A DNA stretch of 64,000 nt. It comes from Gemmatimonadales bacterium. Its GTDB lineage: Bacteria > Gemmatimonadota > Gemmatimonadetes > Gemmatimonadales > GWC2-71-9. The notes under the pieces are model-generated. The model searched no databases, had not been told where the DNA came from, and saw only the letters and a list, made by a program, of their open reading frames with translations. Every line of letters starts with the position of its first letter. Within the stretch, counting starts at the first letter, position 1. Below, piece after piece: positions 49,804-62,318 of this stretch. The stretch lies in NCBI GenBank assembly GCA_039794085.1, contig JBDIWC010000017.1, positions 1 through 64,000 on the forward strand. The letters are read 5' to 3'. Made by a program: the position numbers and the translations under genes.

Positions 49804-50232
49804 ATGACACGAACACGGGTGTTTCTGGTCGCCATGGTGTTGGGGGGCGGAGGATCGGCCGCGGCGCAGGCCGATTCCGATTCCGTGGCTCCCGCTCCCG
49901 CCGTCGCCGCGCTCTACACCTCGGATCAGGCGCGGCGAGGACAGAAAACCTACGAGAAGAATTGCGTGAGCTGCCACAACGCTTCGGCCTACACGGGGGC
50001 GGTTTTCCGCCGGGTCTGGGGGGGACGCAGCGCCTTCGAGATCTGGGAACAGATTCGTACCACCATGCCCCAGGATGCGCCGGGTCGTCTCAAGCCGGGT
50101 GAGTACGCCGATATCGTGGCCTATCTGCTGCGGCTCAACCGTTATCCCGCCGGCGAGGAGGAACTGCCCGCGGACCCCGATCGACTGCGTGAGTTGATGA
50201 TTGCCCCCTCCCCGCGCCCCAGGAGTCCGTGA
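49804..50232 (+). CDS. monoheme cytochrome c
   Basis: signal peptide; YTSDQARRG, CVSCH, TMP. Confidence 0.9.
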   Translation: MTRTRVFLVAMVLGGGGSAAAQADSDSVAPAPAVAALYTSDQARRGQKTYEKNCVSCHNASAYTGAVFRRVWGGRSAFEIWEQIRTTMPQDAPGRLKPGEYADIVAYLLRLNRYPAGEEELPADPDRLRELMIAPSPRPRSP

Positions 50233-51548
50233 TGGATCGCCGCACCTTCGTGACGCTCTCCGCGGCCGAGCTCGCTGCTCTTGCCGCGTCCGGATGCGCG
50301 AGCCCTCGGCGTGCACCGCTGGTCTTCCCCCCTCCCGATCCCGCGCCCCCTCCCTCCGGGAAGATGGACCGGTTCGACGTCGCCGTCATCGGGGCGGGTG
50401 CCTTCGGGGGGTGGACGGCCCTGCACCTGCGGCAGCAGGGAGCCCGCGTGGTGCTGGTGGACCAGTACGGACCGGGCAACTCGCGATCGACGTCGGGAGA
50501 CGAAACGCGGGGGGTCCGCTCCTCCTACGGGGACCGGCCCCACGGCCGGCAGTGGATGCGGTGGGCGCGACATGCCATGCTTCGGTGGCGGGCATTCGAT
50601 GAGGAGTGGAAGGACACCATCGGCGGTCAGCTCTTCTTCACTACAGGAGACCTGATCTTCCGCGATGAGCCGGTGGAATTCACCACCCGCACCCTCGAGT
50701 GGTGGAAGGCGGAAGGGGTCCCCCACGAGGTGATGGATGTCGAGGAGGTGCGTCGCCGGTGGCCCGTCATCAACCTGGAGGGGATCACCCAGGTGCTCCA
50801 TGAGCCGGATGCCGGAGTGGTGAGGGCTCGCCGGGCCTGTGAGGCCGTGGGGGTGGTCTTCCGCAAGCTGGGAGGGGAGATTCGCATCGGCCACGCCCGG
50901 ATGGCCGAGCGGGAGGGCCGGGTGCTGCACACCATCGGCCTGGCCAATGGCGACCGGATCGCGGCCGACACCTTCTGCTTCGCCTGTGGCCCCTGGCTTC
51001 CCAAGATCTTTCCGGCAGTCCTCGGCCCGCTCATGAACCTGCCCGTGGGCCACGTCTGCTACTTCACCACGCCGCCGGGCGATGACCGATTCACGGTGCC
51101 GCACCTGCCGAGTTGGAACTTTCCTGGCGTCACCGGGTGGCCGGCGCTGATTCCGGACAACCGGGGATTCCGGGTGCGCACCAGCGGGGAGCGGGCCTTC
51201 GACCCCGACCTGAGCCCCCGGTTCGTTCCGGCGGCGAGCATTGCCCGCAACCGGGCGGTTCTCCAGGCGCGATTCCCGCTGCTCGCGACCGCGCCGATCA
51301 CGGAGACCCGGGCCTGCCACTACGAATCGAGTGCGACCCGCAATTTCCTCATCGATCATCACCCCGATTTCGACAATGTGCTGATCGCGGGCGGGGGCTC
51401 GGCCGAGGGGTTCAAGTTCGGCCCGGTGGTTGGAGACTATGTCGCCGGCCGGGTGCTGGGGAGGGAGGGGGATCCGGACCTCGCCGAGTCTTTCAGCATC
51501 CCGGTGGAGGAGCCCGAGCCGGATGACGATGGGATGTCCTATGAATAG
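50229..51548 (+). CDS. FAD-dependent oxidoreductase (sarcosine oxidase/DAO family), Tat lipoprotein
   Basis: DRRTF...ASGC; GAGAFG, STSGDETR, GPW, GGSAEGFKFGP. Confidence 0.9.
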   Translation: MMDRRTFVTLSAAELAALAASGCASPRRAPLVFPPPDPAPPPSGKMDRFDVAVIGAGAFGGWTALHLRQQGARVVLVDQYGPGNSRSTSGDETRGVRSSYGDRPHGRQWMRWARHAMLRWRAFDEEWKDTIGGQLFFTTGDLIFRDEPVEFTTRTLEWWKAEGVPHEVMDVEEVRRRWPVINLEGITQVLHEPDAGVVRARRACEAVGVVFRKLGGEIRIGHARMAEREGRVLHTIGLANGDRIAADTFCFACGPWLPKIFPAVLGPLMNLPVGHVCYFTTPPGDDRFTVPHLPSWNFPGVTGWPALIPDNRGFRVRTSGERAFDPDLSPRFVPAASIARNRAVLQARFPLLATAPITETRACHYESSATRNFLIDHHPDFDNVLIAGGGSAEGFKFGPVVGDYVAGRVLGREGDPDLAESFSIPVEEPEPDDDGMSYE

Positions 51549-51597
51549 GGGTTCGTCTTCTCAGAAAGCTTCTGTCCAATTGACGGACAGCCAATGG

Positions 51598-51908
51598 TCG
51601 TCATTTCCGCGCACGCGGGAATCCACTCTCGCCTCATCCGGGTTTCGTGTGGTGGGGGGAACTTCAACCAGCCATTTCTCGGAGACTCTTCACGCCGTCT
51701 TGGGTTGGATGTCGGAGTGAGGTGAGGGGGGGTGAGTCGCTCCGGTGCTCGGTAGGCGGTCTTGTGCCTTTGTGCTTTTTGTGGTTGCCTTTTGGGGTGA
51801 GGAGAGGCGCTCCGGGCTGGGAACGTGGCCCCATGCCAAAGCCTGAAGGGGTCCGTTTTCACTCCCGAGATTCAGCAAGATGGATCCCCGTTTTCGCGGG
51901 GATGACGA
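51598..51908. repeat. composite repeat copy 2, enclosed by dRS3/REP-like inverted arms
   Basis: arms TCGTCATTTCCGCGCACGCGGGAATCCA (51598-625) and TGGATCCCCGTTTTCGCGGGGATGACGA (51881-908); core matches 39126-39560. Confidence 0.88.
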
Positions 51909-51952
51909 TTGATCGGAGATTCCTTTTCACTCACCCACCGGAGTTGCGTCTC

Positions 51953-52408
51953 ATGCGATACTGTCCTCCTGCCGCGTTGCTGGCTGTTGGTGTTCTGGCC
52001 TGGGCCACCACTCCGCTCACCGCTCAGCGGGAGCGGGAGATTCTGCCTCAGCCCCCCGCGGCGGGCGCCACGCTCAGTCCGATCGTGAAGGTGGGCGACA
52101 TGCTCTACCTGTCCGGGCAGTTGGGGACGGTTCGGGGACGGGGTCTCGTGGAGGGGGGCATCGGTCCGGAAACCCGTCAGGCACTGGAGAATATCAAGGC
52201 GCTGCTGGAGCAGGTGGGGAGTGCCATGGACCGGGTGGTCAAGTGCACCGTGTTTCTGGTGGACATCGGCGATTTCCGCCCGATGAACGAGGAGTACCGG
52301 ACCTTCTTTCCCTCCGGGCCTCCGGCGCGGTCCACGGTAGCGGTCGCCGGCCTGGTGTTGAACGCCCGGGTGGAGATCGAGTGTCTGGCCCTGGCCGGCC
52401 GGTCGTAG
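51953..52408 (+). CDS. RidA-family imine deaminase with signal peptide
   Basis: LYLSGQLG, VVKCTVFL, PPARSTV (catalytic Arg), VEIEC; leader ending LTA-Q. Confidence 0.92.
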   Translation: MRYCPPAALLAVGVLAWATTPLTAQREREILPQPPAAGATLSPIVKVGDMLYLSGQLGTVRGRGLVEGGIGPETRQALENIKALLEQVGSAMDRVVKCTVFLVDIGDFRPMNEEYRTFFPSGPPARSTVAVAGLVLNARVEIECLALAGRS

Positions 52409-52436
52409 CGGCCCATCACGCCAGGGGCTGAAGAAA

Positions 52437-52880
52437 TCAGGCGGGCGGCTGCTTGGGGGGAAGGATCTCGATTCCGACCTCCGAACACCACTCCCGGAGG
52501 GCGCGCTCCTCACACTCGGCCTCATGGGCGAACCATTGCTCCAGGAAACCCCGCGTTGCCAGGAGAGCCTTGAACCTTCGCCACCCCCCTCGGTGCCGGA
52601 GAAGGAAATCGACCTCATCGTACAGGTCAGGCAATTCACGGGCGACGAAGCGCAGGGCAAGGTCTCGGCCCAGGTCGAGGTCGTACCGGTGGGGGATCTC
52701 CACATACCGGTCCGGATCGTCAAGATCCTCGGGGGTTTCCTCGTCGTCGAGGGGGTCGTCGTCGGACACCCAGTGGATCGCTCCGGTTTCCCGGTTGATA
52801 AAGGCCTGGTTCAGGAGAGGTGGACCCGCACTCACCCAGTCGAAGGCCACGGAGAGTTCCGTCCATGCAACGGTTGTCAT
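52437..52880 (-). CDS. UPF0158-family protein
   Basis: AFINRETG, DRYVEIP, GGWRRFKALL, LREWC. Confidence 0.85.
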   Translation of the reverse strand: MTTVAWTELSVAFDWVSAGPPLLNQAFINRETGAIHWVSDDDPLDDEETPEDLDDPDRYVEIPHRYDLDLGRDLALRFVARELPDLYDEVDFLLRHRGGWRRFKALLATRGFLEQWFAHEAECEERALREWCSEVGIEILPPKQPPA

Positions 52881-52994
52881 GCCACGCTCACGAGTAGAGT
52901 CCCTCGTCACGGCCCGCGCGGGCACGGACCCGTACCATGGTACGATCCGCGGTCCGCCGCCGCAAGGCTCACCCGCTCTCGCCTCCCCTGACCG

Positions 52995-54740
52995 TCATCG
53001 CCCGCATTGAGCCGACAGGTCCCGTTCCTCCATCGGCAGCACCCGGAGCCGGTCCGGGCGATTGCCCACGGTCGTCATGATCCCGTGGACGAAGCGGCCG
53101 ACCCGGGCACCATGCTCGAAGTCGATGTACTGCACCTCGTCGGTGAGCTGGTGGTAATCGCGCGAGTAGCCCAGGGAGAAATAGGTCACCGGGATGTCCC
53201 GGGAAAAGAAGGAGACCTGGTCACTCCGGCAGAACCGGTTGAGCTTGTTGGTGCGATCCCACGAATAGTCGATCACCATCGGCTCGGAGCGCACCGCGTT
53301 CACCGAGTCGATGAGGTCCCCGAACTCGGCGGAGAGCCGGCGCGATCCGAGCATCTGTACCGCGGCCGGTCCCCCGAACTGGACGTCGGTGACGCGCCCC
53401 TTGCCCAGCATGTCCATGTTGTGGGCCGCCACGAGGGCATCCAGCGGCACGGTCGGATGCTCGACCCACCAGCGGGAGCCGAGGAGTCCCTTCTCCTCAC
53501 CCGTCACCGACAGGATCAGGACTGAGCGCCGGGGCGCGGGACCGGTGGCAAACTTCTCCGCCACCTCCAGCAGGACCGCGGTGCCCGATCCGTCGTCGTC
53601 GGCGCCGTTGTAGATCGAATCGATCCTCGGGGGTCGGATGCTTCTCGCCTGCGCCACCAGGGCGTTGATCCGGGCCCACTGTTCCGCCGTCGGTGGCTCG
53701 GGCCGGTCGTTGGCCCCCTGGGGCCGCATCACGGTATTGAAGGCCCGGAGGGAATCGTGCTCCACGGCGCGGTCGGCCGGGACCATGCCGACATGATCGC
53801 TATGGGCCGAGAGAACCACGTACTGGTTCGTGAGAACCGGATCGGATCCGGGAATGATCCCGATCACATTGCGACCGGGGTTCTGCGCCATGGTCCAGGC
53901 ATATTCCCAGGCGCCGGTGACGGTTTCACCTGGGGTACCGATCGCCAGGGCCTCCAGGTCCCGGCCGCCGAAGAGCCGACGTGCCGCGGCGAGGCTGATC
54001 GAGGCACCGGGCACTCCGTCGGGCGGACCCTCGGGGGGCTTCATCGCGATGCGACGGATGAAGGCGCCGGCGACCTGCGCCGGATTCACCTGATCGAGCC
54101 CGGCCACCAGCACGGCAGCCGCCCCCGCCTCCTCGGCGCGACGATCCCGCACGACGGCCGGGCGGCGGCCCGGCACCAGGGCCGGCGCCACAGCCGGGGC
54201 AAAGATGACCACCTTGCCCCTCACCTGGTCCGGTGACAGCCGAACGGTGTCACCCCAGACCCCACCATAGATCGTGGTGAGATTGCGGCCGGCGAAATTT
54301 CCGGTGATCCCGCCAGGGCCCGAGGGATTCATCGGGATCCAGTCTTCACCCGGTGCCAGTGTGGCACGGCCCACGGCGAGGCGGGATGAGGCGATGTCGT
54401 AACCGGTGGGACCGAGCGGGAGATCCTGGAACCAGGTGCCGTTGTCGCCGCCCGGCAGGAGCCCCATCCGCTGGAATTCGGACGCGATGTACTCGGTGGC
54501 CTTGAAGTTGCCGAGCGTGCCCGCCTCGCGCCCCATCATCGAATCGTGGGCGAGGATGCCGAGCCGGGTGCGGAGATCGTCGGCGGTGATCTCCTTCTGC
54601 GTCGGCCGCGGAGTCCAGGGCCCTGATTCGTCGGGCCAGACGACCTGGGCGTGGAGAGGGACGGGGGAGGCGACAAGGACGAGGGCGAGGAGGGCGCGGG
54701 AGGTCACGTCGGCAAGTCCTGGGTGAGAGTCAGTGGGCAT
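52995..54740 (-). CDS. secreted M28-family metallopeptidase with PA insert
   Basis: SAHSDH, NGADDDGSG, GEEKGLLGS, NMDM, DYH. Confidence 0.93.
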   Translation of the reverse strand: MPTDSHPGLADVTSRALLALVLVASPVPLHAQVVWPDESGPWTPRPTQKEITADDLRTRLGILAHDSMMGREAGTLGNFKATEYIASEFQRMGLLPGGDNGTWFQDLPLGPTGYDIASSRLAVGRATLAPGEDWIPMNPSGPGGITGNFAGRNLTTIYGGVWGDTVRLSPDQVRGKVVIFAPAVAPALVPGRRPAVVRDRRAEEAGAAAVLVAGLDQVNPAQVAGAFIRRIAMKPPEGPPDGVPGASISLAAARRLFGGRDLEALAIGTPGETVTGAWEYAWTMAQNPGRNVIGIIPGSDPVLTNQYVVLSAHSDHVGMVPADRAVEHDSLRAFNTVMRPQGANDRPEPPTAEQWARINALVAQARSIRPPRIDSIYNGADDDGSGTAVLLEVAEKFATGPAPRRSVLILSVTGEEKGLLGSRWWVEHPTVPLDALVAAHNMDMLGKGRVTDVQFGGPAAVQMLGSRRLSAEFGDLIDSVNAVRSEPMVIDYSWDRTNKLNRFCRSDQVSFFSRDIPVTYFSLGYSRDYHQLTDEVQYIDFEHGARVGRFVHGIMTTVGNRPDRLRVLPMEERDLSAQCGR

Positions 54741-54859
54741 GCATGCTCTACGGGTGGGGAGCGGGGATTGTTACCGATGGGACAGTAAGGCTCCCCGCCG
54801 AGCCTTGGTTGGGTTGGTTCCTGTAACATTCATAAATCACATGTATTTACATTAGATAC

Positions 54860-54888
54860 TTGACATGATCCAATATCAGGTTTAATAT
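54860..54888 (+). promoter_or_regulatory. sigma70 promoter of furA-katG, probably leaderless
   Basis: TTGACA-N17-TAATAT, 6 nt before ATG 54895, no SD. Confidence 0.7.
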
Positions 54889-54894
54889 TGTTGA

Positions 54895-57566
<2,672 letters not shown>

Positions 57567-57688
57567 GGGGGGAGCCCGGCATCAACACATCACGTCCCCG
57601 GGAAGGGCCGTGTCGCCGAATGTCACCGCGCCGGTCTCCACGTCGGTTGGTTCCCGCCTCGCCATCCCCGGCGGGCTCGGCTTGGACC

Positions 57689-57740
57689 GGTGTTTCCCGG
57701 GGCTGGGCTGACGCCCCTAATTGAGGTGGCTGGCGCCACC
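57689..57740. repeat. partial inverted copy of the 30127-30183 element core
   Basis: GGTGTTTCCCGGGGCTG..ACGCCCCT..GAGGTGGCTGGCGCCACC. Confidence 0.7.
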
Positions 57741-58020
57741 AGGACCTGGGCCGACCCTGCACGCTGTACCGCGGGTGCCTGGCGATTCGCTCCGCTGCCA
57801 AAAGCATCGGCACCGAGGGTTCTACGGCAGCACGGCTGACCACGTCCCGCGGAGCGTGCGGAGTTCAGACGGTCCGGCGAAAATGTTCACTGGCGGGTCA
57901 CGGGCGACCTCGCCGAACATGCGAGGAGGGCTTTCCAGGTCTTACCAAGTCTGGTTCGTCACGTTGAGCCCGCCGCCTCGCGATCACCCGGGGTTCCGAG
58001 TAGATTGGGCACAAGGCATT

Positions 58021-58135
58021 GGACGTAGGACGTAGGACGTAACCCGCCTACCGCCTACCGCCTATCGCCCAAACCCCAATACCCAACACCCTACTCGCTA
58101 CTCCCTACTCCCTACTCCCTACTCCCTACTCCCTC
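58021..58135. repeat. mixed heptamer arrays (GGACGTA)x3, (CCGCCTA)x3, (CTCCCTA)x4-6
   Basis: direct reading. Confidence 0.93.
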
Positions 58136-58137
58136 CC

Positions 58138-59223
58138 GTGTCTTCCCCCCTGACTCTCCCGCTTTCCCTCGCCCTCCGCGGCTGGGGACGGGTCCACCCC
58201 AATCCGGTGGTCGGTGCCGTCGTGATGCGGGGTGATGAGGTCATCGCCGAGGGGTGGCACGCGGAGTTCGGGGGGCCGCACGCGGAGCGAATGGCCCTCG
58301 ATGCCGCGGGCGACGGGGCGCGGGGGGCCACCCTGGTGGTCACCCTCGAGCCGTGTGCCCATACGGGCAAGCAGCCTCCCTGCGTCGACCGGATACGGCA
58401 GGCCGGGATCGCGAGGGTGATCCTGGGGATCCGGGATCCGAACCCCGAGGCGGGTGGTGGTGTGGAACGGTTGCGGACCGCGGGCGTGGAGGTCGAGGTA
58501 GTGACCGGCGAGGATGGCGCAGCGGTCGAGGCGCAGCTCGCGCACTTCACCCATCGGTTCCGGAACGTGGAGAGACCGTTCGTCGCCCTCAAGCTCGCCA
58601 CCTCCCTCGATTTCAAGATCGCGGATCGCGATCGCGTCTCCCGGTGGATCAGTGGTCCCGCGGCCCGGGAGTGGGTCCACTGGCTCCGGGCCGGGTTCGA
58701 GGCGATCGGCGTGGGTGGCGCCACGGTCGCGGCCGACGACCCCTCGCTCACGGTGCGCGGTCCGGTGGTGCCTCGGGTGGCACCGCAGCGGGTGATCTTT
58801 TCCCGGAGCGGACAGGTTGCCCCGGACTGTCGACTCCTTGCCACCGCTCGCGAGGTTCCCACCTGGGTGGTGACGGGACTGGAGCCACCCGCCGCTCTGG
58901 TTCATGCGCTGGAAGAGTCGGGTGGGCACCTCGTGGCGGCTGCTACCCTGGCCGACGGTCTCCGCCGGCTGCGGGAGCGGGGCATCACGACGTTGCTGGT
59001 CGAGGGGGGCGGCCAGCTCGCCGGAGCGCTTCTGGCTGCCGATCTGGTGGACCGGTTCCACTGGATCCAGAGCCCGGTTTTTCTGGGAGACTCGGCCGTG
59101 CCCGCCCTCGCGGGTCTCCCGGACGTGCCGCTCGCCACCTCTCCGCGCTGGACGGTGACCGGACGACTCCCCCTCGGCGCCGACACGCTCCTCACCCTGG
59201 ACCGGGTGGTGACGGAGGGCTAG
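58138..59223 (+). CDS. ribD: riboflavin biosynthesis deaminase/reductase (5' end atypical)
   Basis: PNPVVG, HAE, TLEPCAHTGKQPPC, KLATSLD, LVEGGG. Confidence 0.93.
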   Translation: MSSPLTLPLSLALRGWGRVHPNPVVGAVVMRGDEVIAEGWHAEFGGPHAERMALDAAGDGARGATLVVTLEPCAHTGKQPPCVDRIRQAGIARVILGIRDPNPEAGGGVERLRTAGVEVEVVTGEDGAAVEAQLAHFTHRFRNVERPFVALKLATSLDFKIADRDRVSRWISGPAAREWVHWLRAGFEAIGVGGATVAADDPSLTVRGPVVPRVAPQRVIFSRSGQVAPDCRLLATAREVPTWVVTGLEPPAALVHALEESGGHLVAAATLADGLRRLRERGITTLLVEGGGQLAGALLAADLVDRFHWIQSPVFLGDSAVPALAGLPDVPLATSPRWTVTGRLPLGADTLLTLDRVVTEG

Positions 59224-59270
59224 GGAAGGTCACGCCCGGCCTCGGGAGTGCAGGGGGCTCCTTGCGGATC

Positions 59271-59303
59271 GCCAAATGGCATATTATCTTTGGCCACGTG
59301 GCA
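59271..59303 (+). promoter_or_regulatory. putative Xre-RES operator/promoter
   Basis: two GCCA-NN-TGGC palindromes (GCCAAATGGC, GCCACGTGGC) flanking ATATTATCTT. Confidence 0.55.
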
Positions 59304-59322
59304 CATCGCAGGAGGTTGCTTC

Positions 59323-59808
59323 ATGCCCGTCACCTCAGAACGGCCGACCGCCGATATCACCGAGTTCCTGGACCGACTTGGTTCGGGGCATCGCGAGGGG
59401 CACTACTATGCCGCCCTGATCGGATTCCGCAAGTATGATCCGGTCCATCTGGCGAGTCAGATCCAACGCGGGTTCTCCTATTCGGCGTTCGAGAGGCTTC
59501 TGCGCAACACCGCGCTCACGCCTCGAGCGCTGGCCCACTTCGTCGAGATTCCGGAGCGCACGCTTGCACGGCGAAAGGAGGCCGGGCGCCTCGAGCCCGA
59601 CGAGTCGGACAGGCTGGCTCGTGCCTCACGCATCTTCGCGCGTGCGATCGAGCTCTTCGAAGGCAATGCCGAGGGAGCCCGGGATTGGCTCACGCACCCA
59701 CACCGTGCCCTGGGTGGCCGAACCCCGCTTGAGTTTGCGAAGACCGATGTCGGGGCGATCGAAGTGGAGAACGTCATCGGACGGCTGGAGCACGGAATCC
59801 CCGTCTAG
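59323..59808 (+). CDS. Xre/MbcA/ParS-family antitoxin
   Basis: IPERTLARRK...ESDRLAR...WL...ALGGRTP...RLEHG; AGGAGG RBS. Confidence 0.92.
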   Translation: MPVTSERPTADITEFLDRLGSGHREGHYYAALIGFRKYDPVHLASQIQRGFSYSAFERLLRNTALTPRALAHFVEIPERTLARRKEAGRLEPDESDRLARASRIFARAIELFEGNAEGARDWLTHPHRALGGRTPLEFAKTDVGAIEVENVIGRLEHGIPV

Positions 59809-59811
59809 TCG

Positions 59812-60270
59812 ATGCGGGTCTGGCGTCTCGTGAAGCACAAGCATGCGTCGTCCGCGTTTGATGGCGAAGGCGCACGCCGCTACGGCGGGCGGTGGAACAG
59901 CGTGGGAACGCGGGCGGCCTATGCGTCCGACAGCGCGGCCTTGGCAGTCTTGGAGGTGCTTGTCCACCTTGAGGACGTTCGCGTCCTCCCCGCGTATTCT
60001 CTGGTCACCGCGGTGATTCCTGACGGACTGATCGAGGATCTTGATCGGGCTTCTTTGCCCAGGGATTGGGACGCGTTTCCCGTGGCCCCGCAGGTCCAGG
60101 CGATCGGTGACGCGTGGCGCAGGTCGGCTCGCGCGCTCGGCCTGCGCGTTCCCAGTGCTGTGGTCAACCCGGGGATCAACGTTCTGATCAACCCCGCACA
60201 CGATGCCTTTGCAGAGATCGTCGTGGATCCGCCCACGCCCTTCCGCTTCGATACTCGTCTGCTCGGATAG
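59812..60270 (+). CDS. RES-domain toxin (NAD+ degrading family)
   Basis: GEGA...GGRWN, Y, LEVLVH, VPSAVV, NVLINP, FDTRL. Confidence 0.93.
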   Translation: MRVWRLVKHKHASSAFDGEGARRYGGRWNSVGTRAAYASDSAALAVLEVLVHLEDVRVLPAYSLVTAVIPDGLIEDLDRASLPRDWDAFPVAPQVQAIGDAWRRSARALGLRVPSAVVNPGINVLINPAHDAFAEIVVDPPTPFRFDTRLLG

Positions 60271-60312
60271 GCTCTCCCTCCGCACCGAGTCCTCGCCACC
60301 ACCTGCCCCATG

Positions 60313-60390
60313 CCCGTCCACGTACCCGTACCCGTACACGAGCAGGTTCTGATGTCCTCTGTCCTCTGTCCTCCGTCCTCCGTCCTCTGT
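60313..60390. repeat. hexamer (CMCGTA) and heptamer (YGTCCTC)x5 arrays
   Basis: 60313-60342 and 60353-60390. Confidence 0.88.
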
Positions 60391-60449
60391 GAATCCCGGC
60401 CCCCGCCGGCCCCGCGCGGCGCCCGAACGACACCGATATATTCCCCGCC

Positions 60450-61058
60450 ATGTTCACCGGTCTCATCACCGCCGTGGGTGACATCCAGTCCCTCAATCCG
60501 GAGCCGGAAGGTCTCCGGCTCGCGATCACGTCTCCCTACAAGGGACTGGAACTCGGCGAGAGCATCGCGGTGGACGGGGCGTGTCTCACCGTCCGGGACA
60601 AGGGCCGGGGCTGGTTCGAAGTCCAGGTCGTGCGGACCTCCCTGGAACGGACCCTCTTCGGCGACTATCGCCCCGGGCGGCGGGTGAACCTCGAACGGGC
60701 CCTCCAGGTGGGGGATCGGCTCGGGGGGCATCTGGTCCAGGGGCACGTGGACGGGGTCGCCGAGGTCATCGATACCCGGGAACGGGAGGATGGGCGGCTC
60801 CTGACCCTTCGGCTCCCGGCGGCGGTGGCCCGGATCACCATCCCCCTGGGCTCGATCACCGTGGCGGGGGTGAGCCTCACGGCCCAGGCGATTCCCGAGC
60901 CGGGCAGCGCTCAGGTTTCCCTGATCCCGTTTACATTGGAGCGCACGACGCTCGGATCCCTGCAGCAGGGCGACCGGGTCCACGTGGAGGGCGACACCAT
61001 CGGCAAGTACGTCGAGGCGCTGCTTCAGGCGCGCGGGGACGAGTCGGCAGGCATGTAG
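60450..61058 (+). CDS. ribE: riboflavin synthase
   Basis: MFTGLI, SIAVDGACLTV, VNLER, GGHLVQGHVD. Confidence 0.96.
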   Translation: MFTGLITAVGDIQSLNPEPEGLRLAITSPYKGLELGESIAVDGACLTVRDKGRGWFEVQVVRTSLERTLFGDYRPGRRVNLERALQVGDRLGGHLVQGHVDGVAEVIDTREREDGRLLTLRLPAAVARITIPLGSITVAGVSLTAQAIPEPGSAQVSLIPFTLERTTLGSLQQGDRVHVEGDTIGKYVEALLQARGDESAGM

Positions 61059-61109
61059 CATGGAGGGGTGCCCCTTGTGGGTGCCCCCGACCACCAAGGC
61101 ACAGGACGA

Positions 61110-62315
61110 ATGACTTTCGGAACCATCGAGCAGGCCATTCAGGACATTCGCAACGGCCGCCTCGTGATCGTGGCCGACGACGAGTCGCGCGAGAACGAGG
61201 GCGATCTGGTCTGCGCCGCGGAACTGGTGACGCCGGAACTCATCAACTTCATGACGATCCACGGGCGGGGACTCATCTGTCTCACCCTCACCGGGGAGCG
61301 GTGCGAGGAACTCGGCCTTCCTCCGATGACGGAGCGGAACACCGAGGCCCTGACCACCGATTTCACCATCAGCATCGACGCCGATCATCGGTTCGGCGTC
61401 ACCACCGGAATCTCCGCGGCCGACCGGGCGTCCACCATCCATGTGGCGATGAACCCCACCACGCGCCCCATCGACCTGCGCCGCCCGGGACACGTGTTTC
61501 CCCTCCGGGCCAGGCCGGGCGGTGTCCTGCAGCGCGTCGGACAAACCGAGGCCAGCGTCGATCTGGCACGCCTGGCGGGGCTCCAGCCCGCCGGGGTGAT
61601 CTGCGAAATCCTCTCGGCCGACGGCACCATGGCCCGTCGTCCCGAGCTCTCCCGCTTGGCCGGGGAACTTGGTCTCACCTTTGTCACCGTGGCCCAACTG
61701 GTGGCCCACCGTCTCCAGACCGAGCGCCTGGTGACCCGCGTGGCCGAGGCCCGTCTCCCGACACCGGAGGGGGTGTTCCGGGTGATCGGGTACCGGAACC
61801 AGGTCGATGTCCATGAGCATGTCGCCCTGGTGTATGGAGACGTGGCCGGCGAGGCCGACGTGCTGGTGCGCATGCACTCGAAGTGCCTCACCGGAGATGT
61901 CTTCGGGTCCCGGCGCTGTGACTGCGGATCGCAGCTGCAGAGTGCCAAGGAGCAGATCGTCGAGGCCGGTCGCGGAGTGATCGTCTACCTCGACCAGGAA
62001 GGGCGGGGGATCGGTCTCCTCAACAAGCTGCGGGCCTATGAACTGCAGGACCACGGCGACGACACGGTCGAAGCCAACCAGACCCTGGGCTTTGCTCCCG
62101 ACCTCCGCAATTACGGCATCGGGGCCCAGATTCTCCGCGATCTCGGGCTCTCCACCATCCGTCTCCTCACCAACAATCCGAAGAAAGTGGTGGGGCTCAA
62201 CGCCTACGGCCTCACCATCACCGAACGGGTGCCGCTGGTGACCCAATGCACCGACGACAACCGGGATTACCTCGCCGCCAAGCGGGACAAGCTCGGCCAT
62301 TTCCTGGCCCACTGA
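61110..62315 (+). CDS. ribBA: DHBP synthase / GTP cyclohydrolase II
   Basis: [49 protein letters not shown]. Confidence 0.97.
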   Translation: MTFGTIEQAIQDIRNGRLVIVADDESRENEGDLVCAAELVTPELINFMTIHGRGLICLTLTGERCEELGLPPMTERNTEALTTDFTISIDADHRFGVTTGISAADRASTIHVAMNPTTRPIDLRRPGHVFPLRARPGGVLQRVGQTEASVDLARLAGLQPAGVICEILSADGTMARRPELSRLAGELGLTFVTVAQLVAHRLQTERLVTRVAEARLPTPEGVFRVIGYRNQVDVHEHVALVYGDVAGEADVLVRMHSKCLTGDVFGSRRCDCGSQLQSAKEQIVEAGRGVIVYLDQEGRGIGLLNKLRAYELQDHGDDTVEANQTLGFAPDLRNYGIGAQILRDLGLSTIRLLTNNPKKVVGLNAYGLTITERVPLVTQCTDDNRDYLAAKRDKLGHFLAH

Positions 62316-62318
62316 CCG

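Noticed and set aside
57567..58137. FMN riboswitch upstream of the rib genes
   Set aside because: No AGGGCGGGGTGAAATTCCC-like core here or before ribE
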